Origin: Methylophilaceae bacterium
GTDB taxonomy: Bacteria > Pseudomonadota > Gammaproteobacteria > Burkholderiales > Methylophilaceae
Reading direction: 5' to 3'
Assembly (NCBI GenBank): GCA_031429035.1
Contig: JANOYU010000061.1
Coordinates: forward strand, 38,948 to 102,947
DNA length: 64,000 nucleotides
Of the stretch, positions 43,468-54,310 are shown piece by piece (within the stretch, counting starts at the first letter, position 1; every line of letters begins with the position of its first letter). The translations under genes and the position numbers were made by a program. A model generated the notes under the pieces. That model saw only the letters and a program-made list of their open reading frames with translations. It was not told the DNA's origin and made no database searches.

Positions 43468-44082
43468 ATGTTTGTAGTTGCGCTTACAGGCGGCATTGGA
43501 AGTGGCAAAACGGAGGCCGCAAAAATATTTGCCGAGTTAGGCGTGCCAGTGACAGATTTAGACGCAATTTCGCGCCAACTTACCGCAGCAAACCAACCAT
43601 TAATCCATGATATTGCCACCATATTTGGCAAACAATACATTACGCCACAAGGCGCATTAAACCGTGCTGCCATGCGTGACTTAATTTTTGATGACGCCAC
43701 TGCGCGCGAAAAATTAAATGCGCTGATTCACCCTGCCATTTACGATATTGCCATAAAACAGCTGGCGCAAAACAAACAAGCACCCTATCAAATTTTAGAC
43801 ATTCCTTTACTGGTAGAAAGTCCGCGCTATTTGTCGTCTATTAATAAAATTTTAGTGATTGATTGCAGCGAGGCCATGCAAATTGCGCGTGTTAAGCAGC
43901 GCAGCCAACTTGCAGAAATTGAGGTTAAAAAAATAATTGCAGCGCAAACGCCACGATTACAACTTTTGGCACTGGCTGATGATGTGATTGAAAATGACAA
44001 AAATGTTGCAGAATTGCGCGAAAAAATATTACTCATTCACCAAAAATACCTTAATACTTGCATAGTTAGCAAAACTATCTGA
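43468..44082 (+). CDS. coaE: Dephospho-CoA kinase
   Basis: LTGGIGSGK, LNR..MR..IF, IHP, DIPLL.E. Confidence 0.96.
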   Translation: MFVVALTGGIGSGKTEAAKIFAELGVPVTDLDAISRQLTAANQPLIHDIATIFGKQYITPQGALNRAAMRDLIFDDATAREKLNALIHPAIYDIAIKQLAQNKQAPYQILDIPLLVESPRYLSSINKILVIDCSEAMQIARVKQRSQLAEIEVKKIIAAQTPRLQLLALADDVIENDKNVAELREKILLIHQKYLNTCIVSKTI

Positions 44083-44127
44083 TAATCTGCATTAATTTAT
44101 TATTATAAGTTAGCAGACTTATACGTC

Positions 44128-44886
44128 ATGTCGAGCTACGAATTTCCATTTAACGAGCGCATTCGCACTTTTCTGCGGCTTGAAGATTTGTTCTCAAAAA
44201 TTCTGCTGAATGTAGAAGATGGCGAGCAACATAATCACCATACCGCGCTTATTTCTTTGCTACAAATGTTAGATATTGTCGATCGCGCCGACCTGAAAAT
44301 GGATTTGGTGGGCGAGCTAGATCGTCAACGGCTAAATATGCAAAACCTGCGCGGCAATCCAATTATTGCCGAAAAAGAGCTGGATAAAATTCTGCGCGAA
44401 GTGGGCGCTTGCTCAACCGCTTTGCGTGCAGATAGCGCAAAATTTGGCCAACATTTGCGCGAAAACGAATGGCTAATGAGCATTAAGCAACGTGCTGGTA
44501 TTCCCGGTGGCGTTTGCCAGTTCGATTTACCTTCTTATCATCATTGGTTAAACTTAGATTCTAACCGCCGTAAGAGTGATTTTGATGGCTGGCTAGCACG
44601 CTTTATGCCCATGCATGAGGCCATTAAAACCATTTTACGCATATTACGTGGCAGCGATACGCCGCGTAAATTTACTGCGCATAATGGCTTTTATCAGCAA
44701 ATGTTGGGCGGTGCCAAGCCAGCACAAATGCTGATTATTCATGTGCTAGATGACTGCCCGTGCTTTCCTGAGGTTAGCGCTAATAAATATGCCATTAATG
44801 TGCGATTTTCGGCGCTTGATTTTGTGCAAAAACCCAAACAGTGTGACCATGATTTAGAATTTAGCATGACGCTGTGTAATTTGTAG
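44128..44886 (+). CDS. zapD: Cell division protein ZapD
   Basis: YEFPFNERIRTFLRLE, IPGGVCQFDLP, PEVSANKY. Confidence 0.95.
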   Translation: MSSYEFPFNERIRTFLRLEDLFSKILLNVEDGEQHNHHTALISLLQMLDIVDRADLKMDLVGELDRQRLNMQNLRGNPIIAEKELDKILREVGACSTALRADSAKFGQHLRENEWLMSIKQRAGIPGGVCQFDLPSYHHWLNLDSNRRKSDFDGWLARFMPMHEAIKTILRILRGSDTPRKFTAHNGFYQQMLGGAKPAQMLIIHVLDDCPCFPEVSANKYAINVRFSALDFVQKPKQCDHDLEFSMTLCNL

Positions 44887-44927
44887 TTTGCCCTTATAAA
44901 CCTGCAAAATAGTAGTAAAATCATAGC

Positions 44928-45119
44928 ATGATCATGCCAATACCAACCAAGCAGGTAGCCTGCCCCACTTGCAAAAAACTCGTAATTTACGACACCAATA
45001 ATCCGTTTCGGCCATTTTGCAGCGAGCGCTGTAAAATGATAGACTTAGGTGATTGGGCTAACGAAAATTACCGAATTGCCGAGAATAAACCAACAGGATT
45101 AGACGATGAAATGGATTAA
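44928..45119 (+). CDS. yacG: DNA gyrase inhibitor YacG
   Basis: CPTC...[20 protein letters not shown]. Confidence 0.95.
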   Translation: MIMPIPTKQVACPTCKKLVIYDTNNPFRPFCSERCKMIDLGDWANENYRIAENKPTGLDDEMD

Positions 45120-45546
45120 CTATATTGTGGTGCTGGCAAGCTTATGTTTGCTAAGCGCTTGTGAGGTCAATAACAGTGTGGCAATTATAGACGCCTGGGC
45201 GCGCGCAAATGCGCCAGGGCAAAGCGTGGGCGCGGCTTATATGACCTTAATCGCTGCACAAGATAGCACCATGATTAAGGCAGAATCTGCGATTGCCAGT
45301 TCGGTAGAAATTCACAGTATGACCATGAATAATGGTGTGATGAAAATGCGCATGTTAGAAGAGTTATCTTTAACCGCTGGCAAGCCAGAAAAACTTGCGC
45401 CTGGCGGCTTTCACTTAATGTTGTTTGATTTAAAAAAACAGTTGATAGTGGGTGAAAGCGTAGAAATAACGCTCAACTTTAAAGATAACACGGGCAAAAT
45501 TAGCCAGCAAACAATCACCTTGCCAATTAAAGAATCAGCAGATTAA
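45106..45546 (+). CDS. Copper chaperone PCu(A)C (lipoprotein)
   Basis: Lipobox LSAC; AWAR, AAYM, EIHSM...[11 protein letters not shown]. Confidence 0.92.
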   Translation: MKWINYIVVLASLCLLSACEVNNSVAIIDAWARANAPGQSVGAAYMTLIAAQDSTMIKAESAIASSVEIHSMTMNNGVMKMRMLEELSLTAGKPEKLAPGGFHLMLFDLKKQLIVGESVEITLNFKDNTGKISQQTITLPIKESAD

Positions 45547-45551
45547 TTTTG

Positions 45552-46544
45552 TTACAACACAAAATCTGCTTTTAAACTACGCTGAAAAGCCACGCCGCGC
45601 GCGCCATAACTTAGTGCAATCGGCAAATCTGTCAAACGCATGCCGCCTAACGCATACACTGGAATAGAAATTTGTTGCGCCATTGTAGTAAAAGCTTGCC
45701 AGCCTAAAGGCTCTACCTCTGGGTGACTTAAAGTAGATTTAATCGGTGATAGCACCACAAAATCTAAATTTAGCGCCTGTGCGTGTAAAAGCTCCTCTGA
45801 ATTATGACAAGATGCCGCGACTAAAAAATTTATCGGTAAATCTGCTGCAGGTTTGCTTTTTAATAGCATTAAATCTTGGCTTGGCAAATGTACACCAGCA
45901 GCACCTAAATCACGCGCTAATGCTATATCTTGGCTAATCAACACCTTGGCTTGATAGGGTTTTGCCAAGGCGATAATTTGCTGCGCAATGTTTATAAGTT
46001 GTTCTTTTGGCAGATGTTTTTCGCGTACTTGCACAAGCCTAAGCCCCTTATTCAATGCGGCTTGCAGGGCATCTAAATAAACACTTTCACCCAGCTCTGC
46101 TACATTGCTAATGGCATATACTGGCGGCAGTGCTAACGCTTTCATGATAGGTAAATTGGCTGGCAAAATTGGTGTAACGCTGATATTTTGTGCATTTTGC
46201 CAGCTTAATTGCTGGCCTTCATGCGGTGTCGGCTCACCTTGCCAAGCGGTTACAAAATAAAAATGTAAGCGCACAGTTTTGGCATCTGAATCATGTGTGG
46301 CAGGGTAATTAAATTGTCGCGTTATCCATTGCTGCGTAATGGTTGGCTTAATACCTAACTCTTCAGCCAGCTCGCGCGTCAACGCATGTTCAGGGCTTTC
46401 GTCAGTCTCAATTTTTCCACCAGGAAACTCCCACCAACCAGCCCAGCCTTTGCCTTGCGGCCTGCTGGCTAATAAAAATTCATTTTGACCATTGGCATTT
46501 TTACGCTGCAAAATGGCGACAGCAACATTAATTATTTTACTCAT
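45552..46544 (-). CDS. Nudix hydrolase (MutT-like) fused to thiamine-phosphate-synthase-like domain
   Basis: WEFPGGKIE..E...ALTRELAEELG; QVREK, ASCH, T.SHP, VYALGG. Confidence 0.92.
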   Translation of the reverse strand: MSKIINVAVAILQRKNANGQNEFLLASRPQGKGWAGWWEFPGGKIETDESPEHALTRELAEELGIKPTITQQWITRQFNYPATHDSDAKTVRLHFYFVTAWQGEPTPHEGQQLSWQNAQNISVTPILPANLPIMKALALPPVYAISNVAELGESVYLDALQAALNKGLRLVQVREKHLPKEQLINIAQQIIALAKPYQAKVLISQDIALARDLGAAGVHLPSQDLMLLKSKPAADLPINFLVAASCHNSEELLHAQALNLDFVVLSPIKSTLSHPEVEPLGWQAFTTMAQQISIPVYALGGMRLTDLPIALSYGARGVAFQRSLKADFVL

Positions 46545-47419
46545 GCGTTCATCTGCAATTTATCCGCAAGTTTTGTTTTACCAGAATAGTCACGTGCAAA
46601 TTGGTACGCCACACGGCCGCTACGCGCACCGCGTGTATGCGTAAAGCTAAGTGCAGCGCGGCTTGCAGCCTCATCCCATGCAATATCAAAAGTTGCCAAC
46701 CAACTTTTGCAAATAGCCAAATATTCATCTTGGTCAAACGCGTAAAACGATAACCACAAGCCAAAACGCTCCGCCAATGCGGTTTTTTCCTCAATGGTGT
46801 CACTCGGCCTAATTTCACCGTCAGCATGCTTGGTGGCCAAATTATCAGCCATAAATTCTGGCATGAGATTTTTGCGGTTAGACGTTGCGTAAACCAACAT
46901 ATTTTCGGATGCGTTCGAAATCGAGCCATCTAACACCACTTTTAGCGCTTTATAACTTTCGTAATTGGCTTCAAACGTTAAATCATCGCAAAAAATAATA
47001 AATTTTTCTGGGCGATATTTAATCAATGCCACAATTTCTGGCAATTGCACTAAATCGTGTTTTTCTACCTCAATTAGCCGCAAGTTTTGTTGCGAGAATT
47101 CAGTCAGTAAAGCCTTGATTAAACTCGATTTTCCTGTGCCGCGCGCACCTGTTAGCAATACATTATTGGCCGGCAAACTAGCTAAAAATTGCTGCGTATT
47201 GCGCACAATTTCTGCTTTTTGTGCATCCACAAAATGGATATTGTTTAGTGAAATTTGATGCGGATTTTGCACCGCTTGCAATTGGCTTTTGCCGTTAATT
47301 TTTAGCCAACGCCATGCAGTTGTTTTCCAATCGACAGATGGCATTTGCGCTGGCAGCAAGTTTTCTAGCTTGCTAATTAAGCTTTCGGCGCGGGTGATTA
47401 AATGTTCAAGTTTATCCAT
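46541..47419 (-). CDS. DUF815 AAA+ ATPase
   Basis: NNVLLTGARGTGKSS, FCDDL, YATSNR, ERFGLW. Confidence 0.92.
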   Translation of the reverse strand: MDKLEHLITRAESLISKLENLLPAQMPSVDWKTTAWRWLKINGKSQLQAVQNPHQISLNNIHFVDAQKAEIVRNTQQFLASLPANNVLLTGARGTGKSSLIKALLTEFSQQNLRLIEVEKHDLVQLPEIVALIKYRPEKFIIFCDDLTFEANYESYKALKVVLDGSISNASENMLVYATSNRKNLMPEFMADNLATKHADGEIRPSDTIEEKTALAERFGLWLSFYAFDQDEYLAICKSWLATFDIAWDEAASRAALSFTHTRGARSGRVAYQFARDYSGKTKLADKLQMNA

Positions 47420-48645
47420 TAACTTCTGTAGTCTGCATTAATTTTCACATAATCATAACTAAAATCGCAGGTCCATACTGTGCAATTTTCGCTGCCACGA
47501 TTCAATACAACACGCACCAAAATATCCGATTCTTGCATAATCGCCGTACCTTGTTCTTCTTTATAGCTTGCCGCTCGGCCACCTTTTTCGGCCACCAATA
47601 CATCACCTAAATATAATTCCATATTGCTTACATCTAAATCATCAACGCCTGCGTAACCAATCGCCGCTAAAATGCGGCCTAAGTTTGGGTCGCTGGCGAA
47701 AAATGCGGTTTTAATTAAGGGTGAATGAGCAATCGCATAAGCCACTTTGCGGCATTCTGCTTCAGTTTTGCCGCCTTCAACTCGCACCGTCATAAACTTG
47801 GTGGCACCCTCGCCATCGCGCACAATTGCTTGCGCTAATTCAATAGCAACGTCGGTTAACGTGTCACGTAATAGCATAAATTCTGCACTATCTTCTGTTA
47901 TCTCCGCGTTACTTGCTAATTGAGTGGCCATTATAATTAGGCTATCATTGGTGCTGGTGTCGCCATCTACCGTGATGCAATTAAATGATTTATTGACGGC
48001 ATGTTGAATGATACTTTCGAGTGCTGATTGACTGACTGCGGCATCGGTGGCGATGTAGCCCAGCATGGTGGCCATGTTTGGGTGAATCATGCCGCTGCCT
48101 TTGCTAATGCCGGTAATTGTCACATCTTTACCGTCTAATTTAATTTTTCTTGACGTACCTTTGGCGACAATATCGGTGGTCATAATCGCTTCGGCCGCGT
48201 TCAGCCAATTATCTTCCTTCAAGTTTGCAATCGCTGCTGGCATGCCAGCAATCACTTTATCTACTGGCAGCGGCTCTAAAATAACGCCTGTCGAAAACGG
48301 CAAAATCTGATTCGATTTTACGCCTAACAAGCCAGCAAGCGCCTCGCAGCTTTGCTTGGCGCGATTTAAACCATCATCACCCGTGCCCGCATTGGCACAG
48401 CCTGTATTAACCAAAAGCGCGCGAATACCTTTTGCCTCAGCTAAAAATTGTTTGCACAAAATAACTGGCGCCGCGCAAAAACGATTTAAGGTAAACACAC
48501 CTGCCACTTTACTATTTTCAGGCAAAGTTATTACCAACACATCTTTGCGGTTAGGTTTGCGCACATGCGCCTCTGAATAGCCTAATTGAATGCCTCTGAC
48601 AGGCAATAGGGACGCGGCTTCTGGGGCATTTAAGTTAACAGGCAT
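47419..48645 (-). CDS. argJ: Bifunctional ornithine acetyltransferase / N-acetylglutamate synthase
   Basis: [46 protein letters not shown]. Confidence 0.97.
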   Translation of the reverse strand: MPVNLNAPEAASLLPVRGIQLGYSEAHVRKPNRKDVLVITLPENSKVAGVFTLNRFCAAPVILCKQFLAEAKGIRALLVNTGCANAGTGDDGLNRAKQSCEALAGLLGVKSNQILPFSTGVILEPLPVDKVIAGMPAAIANLKEDNWLNAAEAIMTTDIVAKGTSRKIKLDGKDVTITGISKGSGMIHPNMATMLGYIATDAAVSQSALESIIQHAVNKSFNCITVDGDTSTNDSLIIMATQLASNAEITEDSAEFMLLRDTLTDVAIELAQAIVRDGEGATKFMTVRVEGGKTEAECRKVAYAIAHSPLIKTAFFASDPNLGRILAAIGYAGVDDLDVSNMELYLGDVLVAEKGGRAASYKEEQGTAIMQESDILVRVVLNRGSENCTVWTCDFSYDYVKINADYRS

Positions 48646-48815
48646 GCAAGTGCTTTCAATAATTGAATTACCACTATTTTAACGTAATAGTTTAGCTGCA
48701 AGCAGCTTACTACATTAAATTTGCATTATTTCATACTAACAATTGCCACAAGCTTATTTACAAGTGCTAAACTATTGAAAACATTAAAAATAAATAGTTT
48801 TTTAAGGGTGGGCAC

Positions 48816-50024
48816 ATGTTAAATTCATTGTTGCATACAACTCATGTGGAAGATGCGCTAACGCAAACTGCGCCAGCCGATAGCGCACAAACTCAAAACA
48901 ATCTACAAGCTAAACAGCAGCATATTCGTGTAGAAAAAATCAAATTACTGTATCAACAAAGTCTCACACCAATTATTTTAAGTGCAGTTGTTAGCTTGTT
49001 TTTAGTGGCTTCGCTGTGGACTAGCGCCAACCAACAACGCTTACTTATTTGGCTAGGCAGCGCCTGCTTGCTTGCAGGCTTGCGCGCGGTTCTTATGTCA
49101 AAATTTAAGCTACGCAACCCGCAAGGCGCGGCTGTACTAGCCTGGGAAAAGCCCTATTCTATTAGCCTGTTGGCGGTTTTTTTAGTGTGGGGCTTAGGCC
49201 TAATTTGGGTGATGCCCAAAGATAATTTAAGCGCGGTATTTATTATCAACAGTGTATCAATTGGCCTAGCTGGCGCAGCTATCTCTTGGTATAGCCCGCT
49301 ACGTTATTTACAAATGGCTGCGATTTCGCTAGCGCAAATTCCCATGATTGTGGTGCTATTAACGCTGGGGCGTGAAGAGGCTTTTTGGGTGGGCATAGCC
49401 GCCAGCTGTATGTATGTATCGTGCATGGTGACCAGTGTGTTTTTGCATAAAACCTTTAACGGCAATTTAGAGCTGGCATACGATCTTGAGCAAGCCAAAA
49501 AACAAGCAGAAGACTTAGCCTGCACCGATACGCTGACTGGTTTAAACAATCGGCGCGCATTTTTTGCCAAAGCCGAGCCGCTGTTTGCTTATTGCAAGCG
49601 CAACGCACAACCAATAAGCGCGCTGATGTTAGACATAGACCACTTTAAAAAAATTAACGATAATTTTGGCCATGCGGCGGGCGATATTGCGCTGCGAAAT
49701 TTAGCGCACTTAATAAAAACGCATCTGCGCGAATCGGATATTCCGTGCCGATTTGGCGGTGAGGAATTTGCTGTGTTGTTACCCAATACCAATGTCACAG
49801 AAGCCACAGAAATGGCCAATTTACTTAAAAAACGCATGATGGAAAACACCATTGCGCTGGCCGATAACGACGCACTTTCAGTCACCGCCAGCTTTGGCCT
49901 TGCGGAGACTGGCGAAACAGTAGAAGACTTGTTGAACAATGCCGACAAAGCCATGTATGCCGCCAAACATTATGGCCGCAACCATGTGATGAGCTACTGC
50001 CCAATTAGCAGACAATTTACTTAA
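48816..50024 (+). CDS. Membrane-bound diguanylate cyclase (GGDEF)
   Basis: Several TM helices; TDTLTGLNNRR, DIDHFKKINDNFGH..GD, RESD I-site, RFGGEEF. Confidence 0.93.
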   Translation: MLNSLLHTTHVEDALTQTAPADSAQTQNNLQAKQQHIRVEKIKLLYQQSLTPIILSAVVSLFLVASLWTSANQQRLLIWLGSACLLAGLRAVLMSKFKLRNPQGAAVLAWEKPYSISLLAVFLVWGLGLIWVMPKDNLSAVFIINSVSIGLAGAAISWYSPLRYLQMAAISLAQIPMIVVLLTLGREEAFWVGIAASCMYVSCMVTSVFLHKTFNGNLELAYDLEQAKKQAEDLACTDTLTGLNNRRAFFAKAEPLFAYCKRNAQPISALMLDIDHFKKINDNFGHAAGDIALRNLAHLIKTHLRESDIPCRFGGEEFAVLLPNTNVTEATEMANLLKKRMMENTIALADNDALSVTASFGLAETGETVEDLLNNADKAMYAAKHYGRNHVMSYCPISRQFT

Positions 50025-50059
50025 TTTAACTTTAAAATTAATATACGAGAGAAAAACAA

Positions 50060-50096
50060 TGCCCTACAAGCTGCATAGGTATTGGCTTGCAGGGCA
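50060..50096 (-). repeat. 37-bp dyad motif copy (intergenic)
   Basis: tgccctacaagct-gcataggtatt-ggcttgcagggca. Confidence 0.88.
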
Positions 50097-50167
50097 TGTG
50101 TTTTGATAACTGAATCTAGTCGCAGGTTTTAAATTGCAAATAGGCGCTGGAGCTCAGCTGGGGTTTT

Positions 50168-50347
50168 ATCCCCTTGTCGCGCCTTCGGCAAAGAAAGTTA
50201 TAAGCACGGCAGATGGAGAGCGGCTAGGACTGTTTGAGCGCTGAATGAATTTTGAAGGTGAGTTACGCAGCCACCCATATGTAGCCTTTTTCTTTCCCCT
50301 ATTTCTCTTAGTTAAGCAAAAGAAATAGGGGCGCTGACAAAGCGAAA
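50168..50347. repeat. Structured MITE-like intergenic element (boundaries approximate)
   Basis: 11-bp perfect stem cccctatttct (50296-50306) / agaaatagggg (50321-50331) plus ggactgtttgagcg...gagtt.cgcagcc segment; single copy in window. Confidence 0.5.
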
Positions 50348-50368
50348 AAGTACTTTTAAAGTCAAAAT

Positions 50369-50393
50369 GGATTCCCGTTTTCACGGGAATGAC
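50369..50393. repeat. dRS3-like palindromic repeat ATTCCC-N8-GGGAAT
   Basis: ggATTCCCgttttcacGGGAATgac just downstream of the cysS stop. Confidence 0.85.
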
Positions 50394-50410
50394 GGTTTTT
50401 GAAGCGAGGT

Positions 50411-51853
50411 TTAAGCCCGACGCCAAGTCGTGCCTTGCGGCGTGTCTTCTAAAATAATTCCTGCATCTTGTAGTTGTTTTCTAATGGCATCTGATAAAAC
50501 AAAGTCTTTGGCTTTTTTAGCTTCAGCCCTATTTAAGATGAAATCGCTAATTTGGGCTTCTGACAGAGCTGTAGAAATTGAGCCGTTAACAAAATCCGAA
50601 TCATAAGTAGCACTTGTCATGTTTGCTATAGGCGATTCTAGTGCTAAATCACCAAACCTAACGGATTTACCTTGTAAAAACGCATCTGGATCACGTTGTA
50701 ACAAACCCAATAAACCGCCCAAATTTTTAAGTAATGCAATAGCTTCTGGTGACTTTGTTCTAGCCAAATCAAACAACACTGCAAACGCTTCTGGGGTATT
50801 AAAATCGTCATCAATTGCCGCCTTAAAGCGTGTCGCTTGGGGATGCTGCCAATCAATGCTGCAATCAGTCACCTCATGGCCTCGCAGGGCAGTATATAGG
50901 CGCGTCAGCGAGGCTTTGGCATCATCTAAATGTTGATCGCTATAATTTAACGGGCTGCGATAATGCGCACGCAAAATGAAAAAACGCACCACTTCGGCAT
51001 CGTACTTTTCTAGCACATTGCGAATCGTAAAAAAATTGCCCAGCGATTTCGACATCTTTTCATCGTCTACTCGCACAAAACCGTTGTGCATCCAGTAATT
51101 AGCCATTTGGCAGCTGTTTGCAGCCTCACTTTGCGCAATTTCATTTTCGTGATGCGGAAACTGTAAATCTTGGCCGCCACCATGAATATCAAAATGTGCA
51201 CCTAGGTGATGCGCGCTCATTACCGAACATTCAATATGCCAGCCTGGGCGGCCAGCGCCCCAAGGTGAATCCCAATTCGGTTCGTTCGGTTTCACCGATT
51301 TCCACAGCACAAAATCCATCGCGTCTTTTTTATTACTATCAACATCCACGCGCTCGCCAGCGCGTAAATCGTCTAAACTTTTGCCCGATAACTTGCCGTA
51401 ACCTACAAAGCTACGCACGCTGTAAAATACGTCGCCATTTTTGGCCTGATAGGCAAAACCTTTTTCAATAAGCTTAGCAATCATGGCAATCATGCCGTCA
51501 ATATGCTGTGTGGCACGCGGCTGAAAGGCTGGGGCTTGCACGCCTAGCTTGGCAAAATCTTCATCCATCGCATCAATAAAACGCTGCGTCAGCGCACCAA
51601 TACTTTCATTGTTTTCATTGGCACGCTTGATAATTTTGTCATCAATATCGGTAATATTGCGTACGTAAGTCACCGCATAATCACTGGTGCGAAACCAGCG
51701 ATTGACCATATCAAACACCACCATTACCCGTGCATGGCCCAAGTGGCAAAAATCGTACACGGTCATGCCACATACATACATGCGCACTTTATTGGGCTCT
51801 ATGGGCGTAAATATTTGCTTATCACGGCTTAAAGAGTTATATATTTTTAACAT
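50411..51853 (-). CDS. cysS: Cysteine--tRNA ligase
   Basis: [36 protein letters not shown]. Confidence 0.98.
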   Translation of the reverse strand: MLKIYNSLSRDKQIFTPIEPNKVRMYVCGMTVYDFCHLGHARVMVVFDMVNRWFRTSDYAVTYVRNITDIDDKIIKRANENNESIGALTQRFIDAMDEDFAKLGVQAPAFQPRATQHIDGMIAMIAKLIEKGFAYQAKNGDVFYSVRSFVGYGKLSGKSLDDLRAGERVDVDSNKKDAMDFVLWKSVKPNEPNWDSPWGAGRPGWHIECSVMSAHHLGAHFDIHGGGQDLQFPHHENEIAQSEAANSCQMANYWMHNGFVRVDDEKMSKSLGNFFTIRNVLEKYDAEVVRFFILRAHYRSPLNYSDQHLDDAKASLTRLYTALRGHEVTDCSIDWQHPQATRFKAAIDDDFNTPEAFAVLFDLARTKSPEAIALLKNLGGLLGLLQRDPDAFLQGKSVRFGDLALESPIANMTSATYDSDFVNGSISTALSEAQISDFILNRAEAKKAKDFVLSDAIRKQLQDAGIILEDTPQGTTWRRA

Positions 51854-51991
51854 TTGCGCATTATAACTGGCTTAAATTGAACAAAATAGAGGATATATGC
51901 GAAATTAGCGCTTTAATGCAGAGCGGGCTATTGGATGTTGGCTATGCAATTGATAGAATAGCGTTTTTACTAACTGTTTAAAGTCAACATA

Positions 51992-52996
51992 ATGAAAATT
52001 CACAATGCTTTGTTATTCAAAATAATCGCGCCCATGGTTTTGGTTCTTGCTTTTGCATCGCCTTTATTTGCAGATGAGCTAAAAGATATTTCGCAAATGG
52101 CCGAAAATGGCCAGCAAGCCGCCGCGCTAGAGCGTATTAATACCTACCTTGCAGCCAACCCAAAAGATGCGCAAGCCATGTTTATGAAAGGCATTATTTT
52201 GGCCGAAAGCGGCAAGCGCGAAGAGGCGATTAAAGCATTTACTGATTTAACTGAAAAATACCCTAACCTACCAGAACCTTACAATAATTTAGCCGTATTA
52301 CACGCCGATGCTGGCCAATATGATAAAGCCAGAAAAGCCCTTGAAACTGCCATAAAAACCCACCCAAGTTATGCCACTGCGCACGAAAATTTAGGCGATA
52401 TTTATGCGCGCATGGCGTCAGAGGCTTACGATAAAGCGCTGCAACTAGATGGCGGCAATACCCGCGCGCAAAGCAAGTTATCGCTAATTAAAGATTTATT
52501 TGGCACAGGCAATAAAACTACCATTGCAGCAAAAGTGCCCGATGCAAAAACTGCAAAAACAGATACCAAACCAATTCGCCCAGCGGACAAAAAAGCTGAT
52601 GCCGCTAAAGCTGAGCCAGCAAAAGCCGATCCAGTAGCTAACGTTGCATCTGGTGATGAGCAAAGCATAATGGATGCCGTCAACAATTGGGCTAAAGCTT
52701 GGTCTGGCAAAAATTTAGATGGTTATTTTGCCAGTTATGCCGATAGCTTTAAACCGGCCAAGGGCGAAAGCCGCAAAGGCTGGGAGCAAACCCGCCGCGA
52801 GCGTATTGGTAAACCTGCCAGCATTAATGTAGAAATTACCAACCCAAAAGTAGTGCTTGAAGGCGCAGATGCAGCAAAAATGAGCTTTAAGCAAATATAT
52901 ACTGCGGGCGGTAAACCAATTCGCACTAACAAAACGTTAATACTTAAAAAGGCTAACGGTGCTTGGCTCATCGACCAAGAAATCGCATCGAACTAA
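51992..52996 (+). CDS. Exported TPR protein with C-terminal NTF2-like domain
   Basis: Signal peptide; PEPYNNLAVL, AHENLGDIYA TPRs; WAKAWS..NLDGYFASY C-terminal domain. Confidence 0.85.
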   Translation: MKIHNALLFKIIAPMVLVLAFASPLFADELKDISQMAENGQQAAALERINTYLAANPKDAQAMFMKGIILAESGKREEAIKAFTDLTEKYPNLPEPYNNLAVLHADAGQYDKARKALETAIKTHPSYATAHENLGDIYARMASEAYDKALQLDGGNTRAQSKLSLIKDLFGTGNKTTIAAKVPDAKTAKTDTKPIRPADKKADAAKAEPAKADPVANVASGDEQSIMDAVNNWAKAWSGKNLDGYFASYADSFKPAKGESRKGWEQTRRERIGKPASINVEITNPKVVLEGADAAKMSFKQIYTAGGKPIRTNKTLILKKANGAWLIDQEIASN

Positions 52997-53023
52997 TCGC
53001 AGGAATGGTCTATATAAGCTTAA

Positions 53024-54310
53024 ATGTTATTGATTGAAAAAGTGAATTTTTTAAAAGCTGTTTTTGTAGCCGCAGGTATTTTGTTGCCTTGGAATGCCAC
53101 TGCAATTAATCACGGCAGCATGACAGACCAACTTTTAAGCAAGCGGCTTGGCAATAATATGGTAGAAAGTTTGCTGGTTAAAAGCCTACTAGAAATTACT
53201 GAAGGCAAAACCAAGCAAGCTTTTAGCACTGTAAACGAGTTGATAAAAGCTGCGCCAAATTTTAAGCTGGCTTATTTAATTCGTGGTGATTTACTGAGTG
53301 CGCAAGCACGCGCACTGGAAACCTTTGGTGATTCAAGCGCAACCAAAGCAGATGGCGCCCCTAGCGCCGAAGAGCTAAAAGGCTTGCGTGACGAAGCGCG
53401 CACCCGTATTGAATATTATTTATCGACCAAAAAAATATCGCAACAACCCAATTTGATGGTGGAATTTGGCCAAGGACAATCGCATTTAATTGTAGTAGAC
53501 ACCTCTAAATCGCGCTTATTTTTGTATAAAAAAGTAGATAACGGCCTGTTATATGTTGCAGATTACTACATCACTATAGGTAAAAATGGCGCTGACAAAC
53601 AAACTGAGGGCGATAAACGCACCCCTTTAGGCTTGTATTTTGCTGGTGCAAAGTTAAATCGTCAGCTAGACGATTTTTACGGCAACGGTGCTTACCCACT
53701 AAATTACCCCAACGAGTTAGATCAACACCAAAATAAAAACGGCTCTGGTATTTGGTTACATGGCACGCCCACCAACACTTACAGCCGCCCACCGCGCGCC
53801 AGTGATGGCTGTGTTGTGCTGAGTAACCCAGATTTAAACGCATTAGCGCCTATTTTACAAACAGGCAAAACGCCCGTCATTATTGGCAGCAGTATAGAAT
53901 GGTTAGAAAACGATGCTTTTAAACAAAAATTAGAGGCGCAACAAGCAGATAAAACTGCGCTAAAAAATGCCATTGAAGATTGGCGCAAAGACTGGGTGGC
54001 ACAAAATACCGATGCCTATTTAAGCCATTATTCTAAAAAGTTTTTTTATAGCGATGGTGATTTGCAAAAATGGGCAGATTACAAACGCAGCATTCAAGCC
54101 AGCAAACCCAAGGTAGCCATTGATATTAACGATATTAGCCTGTTTGGCTACCCTGGTGAGCACAAAGCGCACGGCTTAACTGAGCCTATGGTGGTGGTGA
54201 ATTTTGAACAAGATTTTAGAAGCCCTAGTTTGCAAAACAAGATGCGCAAACGCCAATATTGGATAAATGAAGATAACTCTTGGAAAATAATTTACGAAGG
54301 TGCTGGTTAA
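53024..54310 (+). CDS. L,D-transpeptidase (YkuD) family protein
   Basis: EGDKRTPLGLY, LNYPN, GIWLHG...ASDGCV catalytic His/Cys. Confidence 0.9.
   Translation: MLLIEKVNFLKAVFVAAGILLPWNATAINHGSMTDQLLSKRLGNNMVESLLVKSLLEITEGKTKQAFSTVNELIKAAPNFKLAYLIRGDLLSAQARALETFGDSSATKADGAPSAEELKGLRDEARTRIEYYLSTKKISQQPNLMVEFGQGQSHLIVVDTSKSRLFLYKKVDNGLLYVADYYITIGKNGADKQTEGDKRTPLGLYFAGAKLNRQLDDFYGNGAYPLNYPNELDQHQNKNGSGIWLHGTPTNTYSRPPRASDGCVVLSNPDLNALAPILQTGKTPVIIGSSIEWLENDAFKQKLEAQQADKTALKNAIEDWRKDWVAQNTDAYLSHYSKKFFYSDGDLQKWADYKRSIQASKPKVAIDINDISLFGYPGEHKAHGLTEPMVVVNFEQDFRSPSLQNKMRKRQYWINEDNSWKIIYEGAG

Noticed and set aside
50166-50426. 86-aa minus-strand ORF after cysS
   Set aside because: It is a translation of repeat DNA (VIPVKTGIH is the dRS3-like palindrome) and overlaps the cysS end.
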